NCBI GenBank assembly: GCA_903813345.2
Contig: CAIIXF020000001.1
Span: 44,392,001 to 44,456,000 of the forward strand
Reading direction: 5' to 3'
Origin: Owenia fusiformis
Lineage: Eukaryota
DNA: 64,000 nt
The notes beneath the pieces were generated by a model that worked only from the letters and a program-made list of their open reading frames with translations, was not told the origin of the DNA and made no database searches. Both the position numbers and the translations under genes were made by a program. Shown here piece by piece: positions 63,804-64,000 of this stretch; position 1 is the first letter of the stretch, and the number at the start of each line of letters is the position of its first letter.

Positions 63804-64000
63804 TTGTATTGCAATATGTATGAATGTATTTAGAATATCTTGTCAGATTGTGACATAGTTTGAAATGTAGTGTAATATACAGATTATATCTAAAACAATT
63901 GTTTGTGTGATTTATATCTGTATAAACACATTTATTTGTTATGTACCAAGAGTAGTTCTAATACATTATGTTAATTGTGACTCGGGTTTAAAGTGAATAT
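63804..64000. repeat. Start of a direct segmental duplication of the sequence 3' of the CABIT gene
   Basis: Matches 54466-54519 joined to 55595-55739 with few differences and lacks the 54520-55592 MITE. Confidence 0.93.

Overview
AT-rich, intron-rich animal genomic DNA; the repeat content suggests a marine invertebrate, which is an inference. Four protein genes can be rebuilt from phase-consistent GT-AG exons. (1) LPCAT3/MBOAT5 (+, 2192-11354; first exon outside the window). (2) A three-finger C2H2 zinc-finger gene with a C-terminal PLDLS motif (-, 16479-17402). (3) An ELOVL1/7-type fatty-acid elongase (+, CDS 27553-49842, 7 coding exons, 284 aa). (4) A 760-aa THEMIS/GAREM-family adaptor with two CABIT modules, Tyr and Pro motifs and a SAM-like domain (-, 56224-60336); the window end looks like the 3' flank of a second copy of this gene. 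Most of the remainder is nested transposable elements, many with readable target-site duplications (TSDs). The most notable are three elements with CAC termini and 5-bp TSDs, one carrying a spliced, broken transposase-like gene and splitting an otherwise open LINE ORF2; a 10.3-kb foldback element inserted about 24 nt from an ELOVL splice acceptor; a 9-bp-TSD MITE family carrying promoter motifs; and several Helentron-type elements. No rRNA, tRNA or CRISPR array was seen. All family calls come from reading motifs by eye, without database searches.
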